Below, piece after piece: positions 62,451-64,000 of a stretch of DNA of 64,000 bases. Source of the DNA: Oikopleura dioica. Taxonomy: Eukaryota > Animalia > Chordata. Every line of letters begins with the position of its first letter. Position 1 is the first letter of the stretch. Both the position numbers and the translations under genes were made by a program. The notes under the pieces are model-generated. The model did not search any database, was not told where the DNA came from, and saw only the letters and a program-made list of their open reading frames with translations. Location: positions 7,936,001-8,000,000 of the forward strand of contig OU015566.1 in NCBI GenBank assembly GCA_907165135.1, in the 5' to 3' direction.

Positions 62451-64000
62451 GTTTTAGCAACAAGTTTATACAGTAGGCAATCTTGATAAGAAAAATCGAG
62501 ATAATCTTGAGAGGGGCAAATCGCATTAGAAATGCTTGTAAAACAAGATCATTCTTTGCGTTAGCTGTGTATAAGGAGCATAAAAGCACGTTGTATGAAA
62601 ATGTTTCCAGCAGGTGCTAGAACTCGGCAACTCAGAAGCCAGAAGTTATAATAAGCGCAAAGAAGCTGGGGATTCTAACAATGACCCCGCGTGGCGCCGG
62701 GCAAATTCCGACTCACGTAAGGAAGTCTTCTGAGCATAAAATTAGGGCCTATCAATGACCACTCGCAATGATGATAATTTTTGGCAGGCTAAAAGGTTTT
62801 AGAAACCAAGGAGAAAAATCATGACATCATGTTTTCTGCAAGTCTGGGCAATTCCGTCTTGGTGGTTTAGAAAAGCCAAAAATTTGGCCTGAACCACAAA
62901 CAAATATTTCAGAAACCTTTCAAAAAAGCATCTCAAAAAATGATCTTTCTTATGAAAAAGAAAAAAAGGGGGGAAAGGGTTGAAAAATCAGAGTTTCTTT
63001 TTCCACAAAACAAGTGGATTACACCATTTTGAAAGCTGCTCCAACATCTAGCTGACACCTCCGCCACCGCTGAACAATGCTTTTTGAAATATTTTCCTCT
63101 TCCACTCTTTCCTGGCGCTGGGTTTCCTTTTCATTGTCAAACCTAACCGAGCCCGTGATTAGCGGTGATCTCACACAGAACATCATCTCCCAGCGAGTCT
63201 GTTTCTAAACTGGACGCTATCGAGAAAAGGTTGACCCAAGTTCCGTGCATTTTCAATGAAAGCGCGATCATTTCTCAGCCAAAATATCAAACATGAGCCA
63301 GATTGACTGACCAAGGAGTCTACTGGGTAGTCAGATTAATTAATTCGAAACCTCGTTGATGTCACTTTTTTAAGGAAAAAGTCCATTTTTAACAGTTTTT
63401 CCTTTAGTTTAGATAATTCTAATCAAGCGGAGGCTTATAGATAATCAACGGCTGTTAGAATGGATTTTCTAACATGACGATATTCGTGTTATAGACGCGT
63501 AAAGTACGTAACTGGGCGGTACCTCCGGATTTTCGGGAGCGCGAAAATCCGGCCCGATAATATCCCTAAAGATAACCAGTAAGACGGGCGAAATAGCCGA
63601 CTGTTTATTTAGTTAAATACCTCTGCAGAGGTATTTTTAATCGGCTCACATTTTTCGCGAGGAATATTTGTTGCTACTGAATCGGATGAAAATAAACCAA
63701 CAGCTGGATCGAGAATAGTTCTGGCGATGAATTTAGCGAAGAGGAGGTTCAAAGGATTGAAATTTCCAAGTAAGACTTCGCTTCCTCAGAAGAATTGATA
63801 AGTAAGAGGTTATAAGAGGTAAATAGAGCCCACTTCTTCAATGAAAAAATAATGTATTCTGGCCTTGGATGAAAACATTTTTTGTTTAGGCGGGGAGAAG
63901 AGAACCTCTCCCTTGTTCAATTCTTTGACCTTACATCTGATGAATATAAAATGGACAGCTCGATTTTTATTCATTCAGACGCGAAATGAATGTCCAATGC

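Noticed and set aside
1-64000. tRNA, rRNA, spliced-leader RNA genes, CRISPR arrays, prokaryotic systems
   Set aside because: No such sequence recognised by eye; a covariance-model scan (tRNAscan-SE/Infernal) would be needed to exclude small RNAs.

Overview
Eukaryotic, gene-dense, AT-rich genomic DNA with many very short (about 40-55 nt) introns. The intron sizes, a likely GA-AG intron and the gene families point to an appendicularian tunicate such as Oikopleura dioica (inference). Left part: a probable C-type-lectin-domain gene, a Cys-rich/kelch-like beta-propeller gene, a RING/coiled-coil gene, a galactose-3-O-sulfotransferase, an unidentified gene, and a multi-MATH-domain gene that carries a complete antisense gene inside one intron. 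Middle (32.7-58.3 kb): a tandem array of a two-gene module, a small single-pass membrane protein plus a large type II membrane Cys-rich/beta-propeller protein. The large gene has three copies, the middle one disrupted by nested transposons. Right end: a KIRREL/Neph-like Ig-superfamily gene. Mobile DNA is abundant: a young non-coding LTR element, a gag-protease-only gypsy-type element, a 642-bp foldback element, TA-, TTAA- and 8-bp-TSD MITEs, and a hAT-like insertion. The most notable observations are (1) a transposon with TIRs and an 8-bp TSD that forms a frame-restoring intron in two paralogs and is absent from the third, (2) a head-to-tail stack of TTAA-specific elements with a covarying hairpin, and (3) the nested gene. 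No rRNA, tRNA or CRISPR array was recognised. All gene models were assembled by eye and their boundaries are approximate.
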